A DNA stretch of 64,000 nucleotides from Ostreococcus lucimarinus (taxonomy: Eukaryota), in the NCBI GenBank assembly GCA_000092065.1, contig CP000584.1; one strand, given 5' to 3'. The notes under the pieces are model-generated. The model was not told where the DNA came from. It did not search any database and saw nothing but the letters and a program-made list of their open reading frames with translations. The position numbers and the translations under genes are program-made. The stretch's first letter is position 1. Every line of letters begins with the position of its first letter. Of this stretch, positions 48,159 through 58,582 are shown in pieces.

Positions 48159-49640
48159 TCAAGTTTTCGAAAACGTAGGTTGACCGATCGCGAAGCGCAG
48201 GCGTTCGAACATTCGCCCTTCGGGATCGACGGTGCGAGCGGCGCTAATCACCGGCGGAATGGGTAGGTACACGTAGTGGCCGGAGCACATACCCACGGTC
48301 ACCGCACTCAAACCCGCAAAAGCGGCGTGCACGGCATTCTGCCCTAAAATAGAACAGTAAACGGCATCCGATGCATTCGTTCGGCACGCGCGAACCATGT
48401 ACGTGGGATCGATGTACTTGATGTCGCATTCGGGTTTCGCGTCCTTGAGCTTTTGCTGCAAGTACTTGGCGAAATTTTGTAAGATTGGATTGCCACTCGC
48501 GTCTGTCTCACCAATCATGCCGAGCTGCTCTTGCCCGGCGCCTTCGGCGACGACGACGACGGCGTGGTTTTGGCGTTCGACGACACGCTTGATGTGCGCC
48601 AACACGCCTCCGTCACCTTCTAGCGGGCAATCGATCTCGGGGATAAGACATACGTCTGTGTTCCCAGAAGCTAATGCCGCGTGCATCGCGATGAAACCCG
48701 ACTGACGACCCATGAGTCGAACCAATCCGACGCCGTTGTCCGCGCTTCGCGCTTCGATGTTCGCCGACCGAATCGCCTTGACGGCTTCGTCGACGGCGGT
48801 TTGGAAACCAAAAGTTCTGTCGAGGAGCAAAATATCGTTGTCGATCGTCTTCGGCACTCCGATCACGCTCGTCGTCAAACCCTTCTCGCGACAGAGCTTA
48901 TCGATGGCTAACGCCCCCGCGTGCGAGCCGTTCCCGCCGATGACAAACAAAAAATCGATACCCATGTCTTCGATTTTTTGCACGATGGCCGGCATATCTG
49001 CCCCGCCTCGACTCGATCCTAGCATGCTCCCACCCGTGATTTGAATGTCTTCCACCATTTCGCTCGTGAGCTTCATGGGCGCCTCCAACGGATTCGCGTC
49101 CGCGGCTTCGTCGCCGAAGAAGCCTCGAAAGCCGTACTTGATGCCCAAAATCTCTTCGCATCCGTAATCCTCCAACGTCGTCGTGATGCTACGTATGACG
49201 TCGTTCAAGCCTGGGCAGAGCCCACCGCACGTCACGATCGCCGCTTTCACGCGTTTCGGGTCGTAATATATCTCCTCTCGCGCCCCCGCTCGAACCGCGC
49301 GTTCGTCGCTAAACGCCGTGTCCTCGCCTCCCACGTAACTCGTCCTCAGCGGGTTCAGCGACACGCTGTCGCGGTTATCGATGAATCTCTGGCCTAAACC
49401 AAACTCCCAAAGCGATCCACCCTCGGCGAACGGGCTCGGACGCTTCTCCAGGCCGTACATCTCACCGACGTGGGTCGGAACGAAATCGCTCATCACCGCG
49501 GGCGAAAACAGCGTCTTCGGGTCGTAATCCGGGCGCGGCGTGGCGCGCGGCGGTCGCGGGACTCGGCGACGGGCGACGCGCGCGCATCGCGGCGACGCGA
49601 TGGCGCGCGCGGTGGGAACGGCGCGAACCCGCGCGGGCAT
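48159..49640 (-). CDS. PFK: ATP-dependent 6-phosphofructokinase (plant-type PFK) with a transit-peptide-like N-terminus
   Basis: ATG verified at 49638-49640. Motifs: VTCGGLCPGLNDVIR, LFVIGGNGSHAGA, GVPKTIDNDI. Confidence 0.8.
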   Translation of the reverse strand: MPARVRAVPTARAIASPRCARVARRRVPRPPRATPRPDYDPKTLFSPAVMSDFVPTHVGEMYGLEKRPSPFAEGGSLWEFGLGQRFIDNRDSVSLNPLRTSYVGGEDTAFSDERAVRAGAREEIYYDPKRVKAAIVTCGGLCPGLNDVIRSITTTLEDYGCEEILGIKYGFRGFFGDEAADANPLEAPMKLTSEMVEDIQITGGSMLGSSRGGADMPAIVQKIEDMGIDFLFVIGGNGSHAGALAIDKLCREKGLTTSVIGVPKTIDNDILLLDRTFGFQTAVDEAVKAIRSANIEARSADNGVGLVRLMGRQSGFIAMHAALASGNTDVCLIPEIDCPLEGDGGVLAHIKRVVERQNHAVVVVAEGAGQEQLGMIGETDASGNPILQNFAKYLQQKLKDAKPECDIKYIDPTYMVRACRTNASDAVYCSILGQNAVHAAFAGLSAVTVGMCSGHYVYLPIPPVISAARTVDPEGRMFERLRFAIGQPTFSKT

Positions 49641-49859
49641 GCGAAGCGCGCGCTGCTCAGAGTGAAGACGCCGTCGGCGAGGACAAAACGCGCCAACGCA
49701 CGCGTCGGAGTTCGCGCGCGTGGAGACGCGCGAGGGAAAGATGGTTAAGGTTTACGCGCGCTATGTATTTCTGAGCTAGTATTACGTCGATTGTGGCTGA
49801 CTATACGGTGGATCGCGCGAGCGTCGGGCGCGCGCTCGGCCGCTCCGCTCGTCCGAAAC

Positions 49860-50615
49860 TCACACGAGTTCAGCCTTGGGCGGATCGGTGTGGAGGAGAT
49901 CTTTGAACATGGAGTACTTGGCCAAAAGAATCGCGCCGCGCTTCAAGTCGACGGAATCTGTGTTGCCGTCGTCGTCTTCGCCCGTCACGAAATTCACGAC
50001 GTCTTCGCGAAAACGAAAAAACACAAACGAATCCGTCTTCGGCTTGGAAATCATCGCCGACCCCTCCTCCTCGTCCGTGGCGAACTTCGTGGCGAACTCC
50101 TTCACGGCGTCGCGATAACCGTCGGGTAGTTCCTTCAAAACGTTCTCGTAATGTTCCGACACGGCGATCGCGTACTTGCGGACGTACTTTTGCTCCGCCT
50201 CGCTCAACCGCTCGCTCAACCGCTCTTGCCCCTCCTCCGTCCGTAAGAAATAAAACGCGTGCGCCTCAATCTTCCGCAGCCTCGTCCGCGCGTACTCCCT
50301 CAACAAATATTTGATCCGATTCACCTCGACCCACATGACGTTATCCATCAACTTTTCGCTCGCGTCCTCCGCGCCTCCGCCTCGCTCCGCGCGCGTCTCC
50401 GCCCTTCGCGTCAGCGCTCGCTCCTGCGCCTCCACCGCCGTCTTCACCGCCTCCACGAGCGCGTCCTCTCGCGTCATCATCTCCGGCGCCAACCTTTCGC
50501 GCACCCACGCGCGCTTCAGTCGCATCACCGGGCTCGTCACCGGTTCGAACGCCTCGTCCAAGTTTAAATTTCGCATCCGTCGCGCATCCTCCTCCTCGTC
50601 GTCCTCGTCGCTCAT
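49860..50615 (-). CDS. SLD5: GINS complex subunit SLD5
   Basis: ATG verified at 50613-50615 (MSDEDDEEED). RAWVRERLAPEMM and EVNRIKYLLREYARTRLRKIE match conserved SLD5 motifs. 251 aa. The listed 510-aa ORF is an Arg-rich upstream extension and probably non-coding. Confidence 0.6.
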   Translation of the reverse strand: MSDEDDEEEDARRMRNLNLDEAFEPVTSPVMRLKRAWVRERLAPEMMTREDALVEAVKTAVEAQERALTRRAETRAERGGGAEDASEKLMDNVMWVEVNRIKYLLREYARTRLRKIEAHAFYFLRTEEGQERLSERLSEAEQKYVRKYAIAVSEHYENVLKELPDGYRDAVKEFATKFATDEEEGSAMISKPKTDSFVFFRFREDVVNFVTGEDDDGNTDSVDLKRGAILLAKYSMFKDLLHTDPPKAELV

Positions 50616-50966
50616 CGTCCGCGGTTCGTCCTCGTCGTCGCTCGCGCGCGTCGGCGCGTGGTCGTACCCATCGTCATCGCTCGCGTCGCGCGACATGTCC
50701 GCCGGTCCGTCGCGCGCCGTCGTCTCGCGCGTCCTCGTCCTCGTCCTCGTCCTCGTCGTCGTCGTCGCGATGTCGCGATGTCGCGATGTCGCGCCCGTAA
50801 GCGCCATCGACGGCGCACCCACGACGGGAATTTCGTCGATTTCGTCGTCGACGATGGCGTTCGCGCGCGTCTCCGTACGACGAAATCGCGCGAGACGCGA
50901 CGAAAGCGGTCGCGCGCGCGCGCCGCGCCGCGCCTCCGCGGCGTCACCTCGCGACGTCGACGCCGC
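50616..50966. promoter_or_regulatory. Roughly 350-bp head-to-head intergenic region shared by SLD5 (minus) and IleRS (plus); putative bidirectional promoter
   Basis: Inferred from the gene arrangement. No motif was verified. Confidence 0.3.
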
Positions 50967-53900
50967 ATGCTCGCGACGACGCGCTTCGTCGAGCGCGCGA
51001 TGATGCAGCGGTGCGCGACGCGACGGGCGACGACGACGCGATCGGCGACGCGCGCGCGCGCCGCGACGACGACGCGATGGACGACGACGCGCGCGACGAC
51101 GACGAAGACGACGACGACGACGACGACGACGACGCGATGGACGACGACGACGACGACGACGACGACGCGACGGGGCGCGACGGTCGCGGGACGCGCGCGG
51201 GGCGAAGGCGGTGACGGTAAGGGAAAGAAGGAGAAGAACGCGTACGGCGCGACGGTGCGATTGCCGCAGACGACGTTCGAGATGCGGGCGAACAGCGTGC
51301 AAAAGGAACCTAAAATGCAGGCGTGGTGGGCCGAGCGCGGGGTGTACGAGCGGTTGCGAGCGAGGGAGGACGGGGCGGCGTTCACGCTGCACGATGGACC
51401 GCCGTACGCGAACGGGGATTTACACATCGGACACGCGTTGAATAAGATTTTGAAGGATTTCGTGAATCGGTGGGAGATGATGAACGGGAAGCGCGTGCGA
51501 TACGTGCCGGGATGGGACTGTCACGGGTTACCGATCGAGTTGAAGGTTTTGCAGAACATGGACGCGGAGGCGCGGAAGGCGCTGACGCCGATTAAACTGA
51601 GGTATAAGGCGAAAGCGTTCGCGATGAAAACGGTGGCCAGTCAGCGGGAGCAGTTTAAGAGGTATGGGATTTGGGCGGATTGGGACGAGCCGTACATGAC
51701 GCTGCTGCCCGAGTACGAGGCGGCGCAGTTGGAGGTGTTCGGGAAGATGTTTCTCAACGGGCACATTTATCGCGGGGAAAAACCCGTGCACTGGTCGCCT
51801 TCGAGCATGACGGCGCTCGCGGAGGCGGAGCTGGAGTACCCCGAAGGCCACGTATCGCAGAGTATTTACGTCCAATTTCCGGTGAGCGACGTTCCCGAGT
51901 CGACGCCGAGCGAGCTCAAGGCGCTTCTCGACGGCGCGTCTTTGGCGGTTTGGACCACGACGCCGTGGACCATGCCCGCAAACGCCGCGGTGGCGGTGAA
52001 CGCCAAGCTCGATTACTCCGTCTGTCGAGTGGAATCGACGGGAGCGACGCTCGTCGTCGCCGAAGGTTTACGCGAAGCCGTGGCGAGCAAGTTGGAAACC
52101 ACGCTCACGACGCTGGGCACGTTCAAGGGTCAAGACTTCGAGAACGTGCAATATCAGCACCCGTTCTACGAACGCAAGTCTCCAGTGATTATCGGTGGGG
52201 AGTACATCACCACCGAAGCCGGTACCGGTCTGGTGCACACCGCGCCGGGGCACGGGCAAGACGATTACATCTCCGGCATGAAGTATGGCTTGCCGTTGTA
52301 CTCTCCGGTGGATAACGCCGGTTTGTTCACGGCCGAAGCGGGGAGTGATTTAGAGGGGAAAGATGTTTTAGGCGATGGCAACGTTTTGTGCATCGAAAAG
52401 TTGACCTCTGCTGGGGCGTTGCTCAAGCAAGAGGCGTACAATCACAAGTACCCGTACGACTGGCGCACGAAAAAGCCGACGATTTTCCGCGCCACCGAGC
52501 AGTGGTTCGCTTCTGTTGAGGGCTTCCGTGAGAAGGCTTTGAGCGAGTTAGATAAGTTGGAGTTCATTCCGGAATCTGGTTCGAAGCGCATGCGACCGAT
52601 GGTGAGTGGGCGCGCGGACTGGTGCATCTCGCGCCAGCGCGCGTGGGGTGTGCCGATTCCGGCGTTTTACCACAAGGACACGAATGAGGTTTTGATGGAC
52701 GAATCCATCATCACGCACTTCACTGAAATCGTTCGCACACGAGGGACCGATGCGTGGTGGGAATTAGAAGTCGAGGACTTGTTGCCCGAGCAACACAAGG
52801 CCAAGGCGAATGATTACGTGCGCGGTTCGGACACGATGGACGTGTGGTTTGACTCCGGCAGCTCTTGGGCGGGCGTCGTGCAATCTCGCGGTCTTTCGTT
52901 CCCGGCGGATATGTATTTAGAAGGTAGCGATCAGCACCGAGGATGGTTCCAGTCGAGTTTACTCACCGGTGTCGCGTCCACCGGTCAAGCGCCGTACAAG
53001 AAGATTTTGACACACGGCTTCGTGCTCGACGAAAAAGGATACAAGATGTCAAAGTCCTTGGGGAACGTCATCGACCCGCGAACGGTGATCGAGGGAGGAA
53101 AGAACCAAAAGACAGAGCCTGGATATGGCGCCGATACCTTACGACTGTGGGTGGCGAGCACGGATTACACGGGTGATGTGAGCATCGGTATGAACATCAT
53201 CAAGCAAACGAGCGAGGCGTACCGCAAACTCAGAGGAACGATTCGCTTCTTGATGGGCGTGTTGGACGATTTCAAGCCAACCGAGGGCGTGGCGTACGAG
53301 TCGCTGCCGGCGTTCGAGAAGTACATTCTTAGCCGCCTGGATGCGACGATGCAGGAGATCGAGACGTCGTACAAGTCGCACGAGTACAGCCGCGTCGTCG
53401 CGGCCATCACCTCCTTCACCACGTTCCTGTCCAACGTGTACTTGGACGTGAGCAAGGACAAGTTGTACATTGGCGAACAGAACGACATCAAGCGCCGGGC
53501 GTGTCAAACCGTGGTTTCGGCCATCGTCGAGCGATTGATCGCCGCCATCGCCCCGCTCACCCCGCACATGGCTGAAGAGGCGTTTCAAGCGTTGCCTTAC
53601 GACAAACCCGGCGACGCCATCTCCGTCTTCATCGCCGGATGGCCGTCGAGACCCAGTACCTGGGCCTCGATCGATGCCGATGAGGTCAAGTTCTGGGATT
53701 CCTTCTTGGAGATTCGCGACACGGTGAACAAGGTGCTCGAAGATTCTCGTAACGCCAAACTCCTCGGCGCGTCGCTCGAAGCCAAGATCACCCTGCACTG
53801 CTCCGACGCCGATTTCGTCGCCAGGCTCAACCGCGAAGAAATCGCGCGAGACTTGCGTTACCTTTTCATCGTCAGTCAAGTCGAAGTCGTGACATCAAGT

Positions 53901-54131
53901 GACGCCGCCACCGCGGGATGCGACTTTAAATCCATCGTCGACGTCCCCGGCGCCGGCACCGTCTCCGTCGGCGTCGCGCGCGCCTCCGGAGCCAAGTGCG
54001 CTCGATGCTGGAACTTTTCCAACCTCGTCGGCGTCGACGCCAAGCACGCCACCCTGTGCGAACGATGCGTCCCGATCGTCAACGCCTCGCATCCCGATTT
54101 AGTCGTCGCCGCGCCCGCACCCGCGTCATGA
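50967..54131 (+). CDS. IARS: Isoleucyl-tRNA synthetase, bacterial/organellar type, with a long low-complexity (Thr/Arg-rich) presequence
   Basis: ATG verified at 50967. The mature N-terminus LPQTTFEMRANSVQKEPKMQAWW resembles bacterial LPETGFPMRG..REP..W. HIGH motif: PYANGDLHIGHALN. KMSKS motif: KMSKSLGNVIDP. C-terminal Zn-binding CARCWNFS...CERC. Confidence 0.85.
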   Translation: MLATTRFVERAMMQRCATRRATTTRSATRARAATTTRWTTTRATTTKTTTTTTTTTRWTTTTTTTTTRRGATVAGRARGEGGDGKGKKEKNAYGATVRLPQTTFEMRANSVQKEPKMQAWWAERGVYERLRAREDGAAFTLHDGPPYANGDLHIGHALNKILKDFVNRWEMMNGKRVRYVPGWDCHGLPIELKVLQNMDAEARKALTPIKLRYKAKAFAMKTVASQREQFKRYGIWADWDEPYMTLLPEYEAAQLEVFGKMFLNGHIYRGEKPVHWSPSSMTALAEAELEYPEGHVSQSIYVQFPVSDVPESTPSELKALLDGASLAVWTTTPWTMPANAAVAVNAKLDYSVCRVESTGATLVVAEGLREAVASKLETTLTTLGTFKGQDFENVQYQHPFYERKSPVIIGGEYITTEAGTGLVHTAPGHGQDDYISGMKYGLPLYSPVDNAGLFTAEAGSDLEGKDVLGDGNVLCIEKLTSAGALLKQEAYNHKYPYDWRTKKPTIFRATEQWFASVEGFREKALSELDKLEFIPESGSKRMRPMVSGRADWCISRQRAWGVPIPAFYHKDTNEVLMDESIITHFTEIVRTRGTDAWWELEVEDLLPEQHKAKANDYVRGSDTMDVWFDSGSSWAGVVQSRGLSFPADMYLEGSDQHRGWFQSSLLTGVASTGQAPYKKILTHGFVLDEKGYKMSKSLGNVIDPRTVIEGGKNQKTEPGYGADTLRLWVASTDYTGDVSIGMNIIKQTSEAYRKLRGTIRFLMGVLDDFKPTEGVAYESLPAFEKYILSRLDATMQEIETSYKSHEYSRVVAAITSFTTFLSNVYLDVSKDKLYIGEQNDIKRRACQTVVSAIVERLIAAIAPLTPHMAEEAFQALPYDKPGDAISVFIAGWPSRPSTWASIDADEVKFWDSFLEIRDTVNKVLEDSRNAKLLGASLEAKITLHCSDADFVARLNREEIARDLRYLFIVSQVEVVTSSDAATAGCDFKSIVDVPGAGTVSVGVARASGAKCARCWNFSNLVGVDAKHATLCERCVPIVNASHPDLVVAAPAPAS
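51003..51180. repeat. (GAC)n/(GACGAC)n-rich trinucleotide tract within the IleRS presequence-coding region
   Basis: Seen directly. It translates as poly-T/R on the sense frame, and as poly-D on the antisense ORF 51011..51214. Confidence 0.7.
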
Positions 54132-54281
54132 GCGCCTAGCCGTTTCATCCATTCGTAAGCATTCTTTCCCTCGGTCATTCGAGCGCGCTCGCCGCTCGCC
54201 GCTCGCCGCTCGCGGCGCCATCGGTCGCGTCATCGCTCGCATCGCGCGCCGCACACCGCACCGCCGGGTCCCGCGAGCGCG

Positions 54282-55139
54282 ATGCCCCGCCCTCGCGCGT
54301 CTCAAACGCCGTCGTTCGCGCTCGAATTCGCGTCCTCCTTCGTCGTCTGCGCCGCGCTCGCGACGCTCGACGTCCAAGCGACGCTCGCGCGAAAATATCT
54401 CGGCCCGATCCTCGAACGGGTCGGCGCGCGCGCGCTCGCGGACGATGACGCCGCGGTGACGCTGGCGCTGCTGTTCGTGAACCTCGCGATCGTGTTCTCG
54501 CCGTCGTATCAGGCGCTGACGCGAGGGGCGACGAACAATCCGACGGCGTACGCGCTGAAGGGGATGTTGGGCGACACGGGAGCGGCGCGGGCGTGCGCGA
54601 ACGCGTGCGCGGCGGTGCTGGCGCACGTCTGCGCGCTGAAGGCGGTGATGGTGGTGATGCGAACGCACCCAGAGTATCTGCCGGGTAAGGGCGCGATCGC
54701 GCCGATCGTGCCGACGGGGACGACGGCGTCGGCGGCGGCGGCGGAGACAGCCGTGGTCGCGGCTAATTTTTTATTCTTCGGTTTGGCCGAACGCGCGTTC
54801 GCCGCGGCGCTGATCCCGACGCTCGTGAGCGGGTTTTACGTGATGACGATGATGATCGAAGGGTGCAGGTACTCGTGCGGGTACATGAACCCGTCGACGG
54901 TGATCGCCAGTCACGCGTTGGCGGGCGACTTGAAATCGCGAGAAGCCTTTGAAGCCATCGCGCCGTACGTCATCGGCGGTATCGCCGGCTCCGTCATCGT
55001 CGCCATCGCGGCGAAAGTGCTCGTTCCCGAACCAAAGAGCGCGAAGCGCGCGCGCGCGCAATCAAAGGCGGTGGTGCGATCGATTTCAAAGGCGCGAGCG
55101 GGAGGCGCGGCGACGCGCAAAGGCGCAAAGCAAAAGTAG
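54282..55139 (+). CDS. SIP-type (small basic intrinsic protein) aquaporin / MIP family, with NPT and NPS in place of the NPA boxes
   Basis: ATG verified at 54282. Six hydrophobic helices. First box TRGATNNPTAYAL, second GYMNPSTVIASHAL. Plant SIPs are known for NPT/NPC/NPL first motifs. TGTAA at 55166. Confidence 0.5.
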   Translation: MPRPRASQTPSFALEFASSFVVCAALATLDVQATLARKYLGPILERVGARALADDDAAVTLALLFVNLAIVFSPSYQALTRGATNNPTAYALKGMLGDTGAARACANACAAVLAHVCALKAVMVVMRTHPEYLPGKGAIAPIVPTGTTASAAAAETAVVAANFLFFGLAERAFAAALIPTLVSGFYVMTMMIEGCRYSCGYMNPSTVIASHALAGDLKSREAFEAIAPYVIGGIAGSVIVAIAAKVLVPEPKSAKRARAQSKAVVRSISKARAGGAATRKGAKQK

Positions 55140-55330
55140 CGCGCTCATCATTCGAGCGTCCTGAATGTAACAAAAAGCGCGCACGCGAGAGCGTACGAGC
55201 CACCATCGTCGTCATCGTCGTCGTCGTCGCGAGTGTCGATCACGAGGTCTCTTCAACTCATACTGTTTGTTTTAAAAGAAAATTTTACGCGTTCGATGTC
55301 GCGTCGAAGTCGTCGCGAGTCAAAGACTCT

Positions 55331-55972
55331 TTACACGAGTTCCGGCAGGTCCTCCTCGTCGCCCTCTTCCACCGACTCCAGCGTCGACCCCGCCTTGGTA
55401 GTTTCTTCGGCTTTCATGCTCGCGATGAGCTCTTGGAGCTTGGCCATGTCCGGTTCGCCCGCGCCGCCGCCCGCGCCGCCGCCCGCGCCGCCGCCCGCGC
55501 CCCCCCCCATGCCAGCCATGAGTTGCGAGAAATCCATCCCTCCCGGCATCCCACCGCCGCCCACGCCACCCGGCATCCCACCACCGCCGCCCATCATGCT
55601 CTGCATGTCGAATCCGCTCGTATCGATGTCTCCCGCGTCGTCGTCCTCGTCCGCCCAGCGATCGAAATCGACGTGCAGATTCGCCGGTTTCTTCTCCCCC
55701 TCTCGCAGCAACCGCTCCCACCACTTCGCCTCCTCCTTGATCAGCACGCAAAACACCTGTCGCTCCGTCACCGCGTACGTCGACTTCTCCTTCGACACGT
55801 CCGCGAACAGCGCGATGCGTTCCTCGTACGTCGCGCCGGCCGCCGTCGCGCGAAACGTAAACTCCCGCGCCTCGATCGTCACCTCCGCGTCCTTCGCGTC
55901 CGGGAGTTCGATCGTGAGGTACACCTTATCCTCGCGCTCGCACCACTTCATCCGCGGGTGCAGCGTCGCCAT
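55331..55972 (-). CDS. p23/Sba1-type HSP90 co-chaperone (CS domain) with a Gly/Met-rich MGG repeat region and an acidic tail
   Basis: ATG verified at 55970-55972 (MATLHPRMKW). CS domain: WCEREDKVYLTIELPDAKDAEVTIE...FTFRA...YEERIALFADV. Then MMGGGGGMPGGVGGGGMPGG and a terminal EEGDEEDLPELV. Plant p23s share the MGG repeats. Confidence 0.7.
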   Translation of the reverse strand: MATLHPRMKWCEREDKVYLTIELPDAKDAEVTIEAREFTFRATAAGATYEERIALFADVSKEKSTYAVTERQVFCVLIKEEAKWWERLLREGEKKPANLHVDFDRWADEDDDAGDIDTSGFDMQSMMGGGGGMPGGVGGGGMPGGMDFSQLMAGMGGGAGGGAGGGAGGGAGEPDMAKLQELIASMKAEETTKAGSTLESVEEGDEEDLPELV

Positions 55973-56540
55973 GGTCGTCGGCGACGCGCGCGCGATGGAA
56001 CGGCGTCCGAGATCGCCGACGCCCGCGGATCGAACCCAGGCGCACACGGACCATCGGAGACGACCACACGAACCACACGGACCGTCGCGTCGTCGACGCG
56101 ACGCGCGGCGCGAATCGTCGCGACGACGAAGACGCGACAGACGGCGACGACGCGCGACGAGCGGCGACGGCGAACGTCCGACGCGCGACGACGCGACGCG
56201 CGACCGCGACGAGGCGCGCGGCGTCGAAGCGACGACGCACGACGCGGAACGAATCGACGAAACGACGCGACGACGCGACCGACGCGCGGGCGAAGGCGAC
56301 GCGCGGGCGAAGGCGACGGCGATGACGACGATCGAGGCGAAGGAGATCGAGGCGCTGACGATCGCGAGCATGGCGACGCGAGACGCGGTGCGCGAGCGAC
56401 GCGATGAGCGAGAGAAACGCGAGCGATGGCGACGGATGACGCGAATGCGAAATCAAGACGTTTAAATTGAACGGGACGCGCGCGGGGCGGCGAGGGAGGG
56501 GGCGAACGAGAGACTGACGGGACGATGGCGATGGAAACAG

Positions 56541-57620
56541 GTGTACGAGACGCTGCGAATCGATGGTGATCCGAATGAGGTCGGACACGTGATACACACG
56601 GGCGCGTCGGGGGCGTCGAGGGAGATTAGCTACGAGACGGTGCGCGTCGTCGGACACGGGTCCTTCGGCGTGGTGTATCAGGCGAGGTGTCGCGAGAACG
56701 ACGAGGAGGTGGCGATCAAGAAGGTGTTGCAAGATAAGAGGTTTAAAAATCGTGAGTTGCAAATCATGAAGGCGGTCGATCACACGAACGTGGTGAAGTT
56801 GATACATAGCTTTTATCACACGACGGAGGAGGACGAGGTGTATTTGAATTTGGTTTTAGAATTCGTCCCCGATACCGTTTACAGAATCGGTAAGCACTAC
56901 CACAAGAATAACCAGCGCATGCCGGGGTTACTGGTGAAATTGTACACGTATCAAATGGCGCGCGCGTTGGCGAGCGTGCACAAGCTGGGGATTTGTCACC
57001 GCGACATCAAGCCACAAAATTTACTCGTGGATACGAAGACGCACGTGTTGAAAATTTGCGACTTTGGTAGCGCGAAGATTTTAGCACCGACGGAGCCGAA
57101 CATCTCTTACATCTGTTCGAGATACTACCGCGCACCCGAATTGATATTCGGCGCCGTGCACTACACGACGGCGATTGATATTTGGAGCACCGGCTGCGTC
57201 ATGGCGGAGATGTTGCTCGGGTCCCCGTTGTTCCCGGGCGATAGCGGCGTCGATCAGCTCGTGGAAATCATCAAAGTTTTGGGAACTCCCACGAAGGAGC
57301 AAATAATGCACATGAATCCGGGCTACACCGAGTTTACGTTTCCTCAACTCAAGCCCCACTCGTGGTCGAAAGTCTTCTCGAAGAATGTCGACCCGCTGGC
57401 GCTCGATTTGATTTCAAAAATTTTAGTGTACGTACCAGAGAGCCGTTTCGACTGTATGACAATGTGTGCGCATGAATACTTCGACGAGCTTCGCGACGAG
57501 GCGACAACGTTACCGGACGGCAGTCCGCTGCCGCCGTTGTTCAACTTTTCAGACGGCGAACTGGAATCGCTCAGCGACGAGTTGAAGAAGAAACTCGTGC
57601 CGGCGCACTCGCGCAAATAA
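56541..57620 (+). CDS. GSK3: Glycogen synthase kinase 3 (shaggy-like kinase), 5' end unresolved
   Basis: Conserved [10 protein letters not shown]...[20 protein letters not shown]...[17 protein letters not shown]...[14 protein letters not shown]...[17 protein letters not shown]. The listed start at 56541 is GTG, not ATG. There is no in-frame ATG between the upstream stop (56463) and the kinase domain. The acceptor-like ggaaacag|GTG at 56540 suggests a short upstream exon. Confidence 0.75.
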   Translation: MYETLRIDGDPNEVGHVIHTGASGASREISYETVRVVGHGSFGVVYQARCRENDEEVAIKKVLQDKRFKNRELQIMKAVDHTNVVKLIHSFYHTTEEDEVYLNLVLEFVPDTVYRIGKHYHKNNQRMPGLLVKLYTYQMARALASVHKLGICHRDIKPQNLLVDTKTHVLKICDFGSAKILAPTEPNISYICSRYYRAPELIFGAVHYTTAIDIWSTGCVMAEMLLGSPLFPGDSGVDQLVEIIKVLGTPTKEQIMHMNPGYTEFTFPQLKPHSWSKVFSKNVDPLALDLISKILVYVPESRFDCMTMCAHEYFDELRDEATTLPDGSPLPPLFNFSDGELESLSDELKKKLVPAHSRK

Positions 57621-57772
57621 ACGACAAGACGATGAATATTTATTTATTGCGTTCGAGTCGCATTGTTGTACACTAACGCACGCCGCGTCGCGCGGCGTGA
57701 AATAGAAATAGTCGTCTTCTGAATAACATCTTCCGCGATTACCTAAAAATTTTACCGTAGCGCGCGCCGTGT

Positions 57773-58582
57773 TTAGACTTCGAACGGGGTGAAATCCGGT
57801 TGGTCGAACAGTTGCGCCTTGTCCACGCAAGACAACACCTTCCCATTCGCCTTTTCCTTCAACACGCACTTGATGACCAAATCCGCGACGTCTTCGCGAT
57901 GAATAGCGCCGCAGATGCTCTTGTCCTCGGTGAGCACCGCCGTCCCCGTCGCCGGTTCGCTCTTCAAGCCACCCGGTCGCACAATCACGTACGCCATCCC
58001 CGTCTTCGCGCTCACCACCTTCAAGTGCTCTTCAGCCTTCGCCTTCTCGATCAACACCGGCTTCAACGCGTCGAACACATTCGGCGGCGGCGCGTCCGCG
58101 CTATCGCCCGTTCCGATGCTCGTCACGAGCACAAACTTCCCGACGCCCTTCGCCGCCGCCGCATCGATCAGCGCGATGTTCGCCTCGCTATCCGCCCGAG
58201 GCTCCGCGGGCGTCCCTCCGATCGTGCTCACGACCGCGTCGTACTCATCGCTCTGGTTCATCGCCTTTTCGACATCCTTCGCGTTCAGCGCGTCGCCCTT
58301 CACCAGAAACCCTCCCACGGATTCGATCTCCTTGCGATTCGTCTCGTGCCTTTGCAGCACCGTGGCCCACGTCCCCTTCTCCGTGAGCTGCCGGAACACG
58401 TCCATGGCGACGCCGTTTCCGCCGCACACCAAGACGGAGATGTTATCGGGCTCGAGATCGCCCGCGCGCGCGACGATCGCGCGACGCGAGGTTTGGATAG
58501 CGATCGGCGCTTTGCGCGCGGATTTCATCGCGCGCGCGCGGACGGCGACGGCGACGACGCTCGAGACGGCGACGGTGGACAT
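57773..58582 (-). CDS. NAD(P)-binding atypical SDR (NmrA/HSCARG/TIC62-like Rossmann protein) with a transit-peptide-like N-terminus
   Basis: First ATG at 58580-58582 (MSTVAVSS). The listed start at 58792 is GTG. Glycine-rich loop VLVCGGNGVAM, then VVSTIGGT...KFVLVTSIG. Confidence 0.55.
   Translation of the reverse strand: MSTVAVSSVVAVAVRARAMKSARKAPIAIQTSRRAIVARAGDLEPDNISVLVCGGNGVAMDVFRQLTEKGTWATVLQRHETNRKEIESVGGFLVKGDALNAKDVEKAMNQSDEYDAVVSTIGGTPAEPRADSEANIALIDAAAAKGVGKFVLVTSIGTGDSADAPPPNVFDALKPVLIEKAKAEEHLKVVSAKTGMAYVIVRPGGLKSEPATGTAVLTEDKSICGAIHREDVADLVIKCVLKEKANGKVLSCVDKAQLFDQPDFTPFEV

Noticed and set aside
50616-51392. The 510-aa version of the SLD5 ORF and the 1157-aa version of the IleRS ORF, with long Arg/Thr-rich N-termini
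   Set aside because: Conserved family sequence starts well downstream. The extensions overlap each other head-to-head and consist of trinucleotide-repeat translations. Internal ATGs at 50615 (SLD5) and 50967 (IleRS) give sensible gene models.
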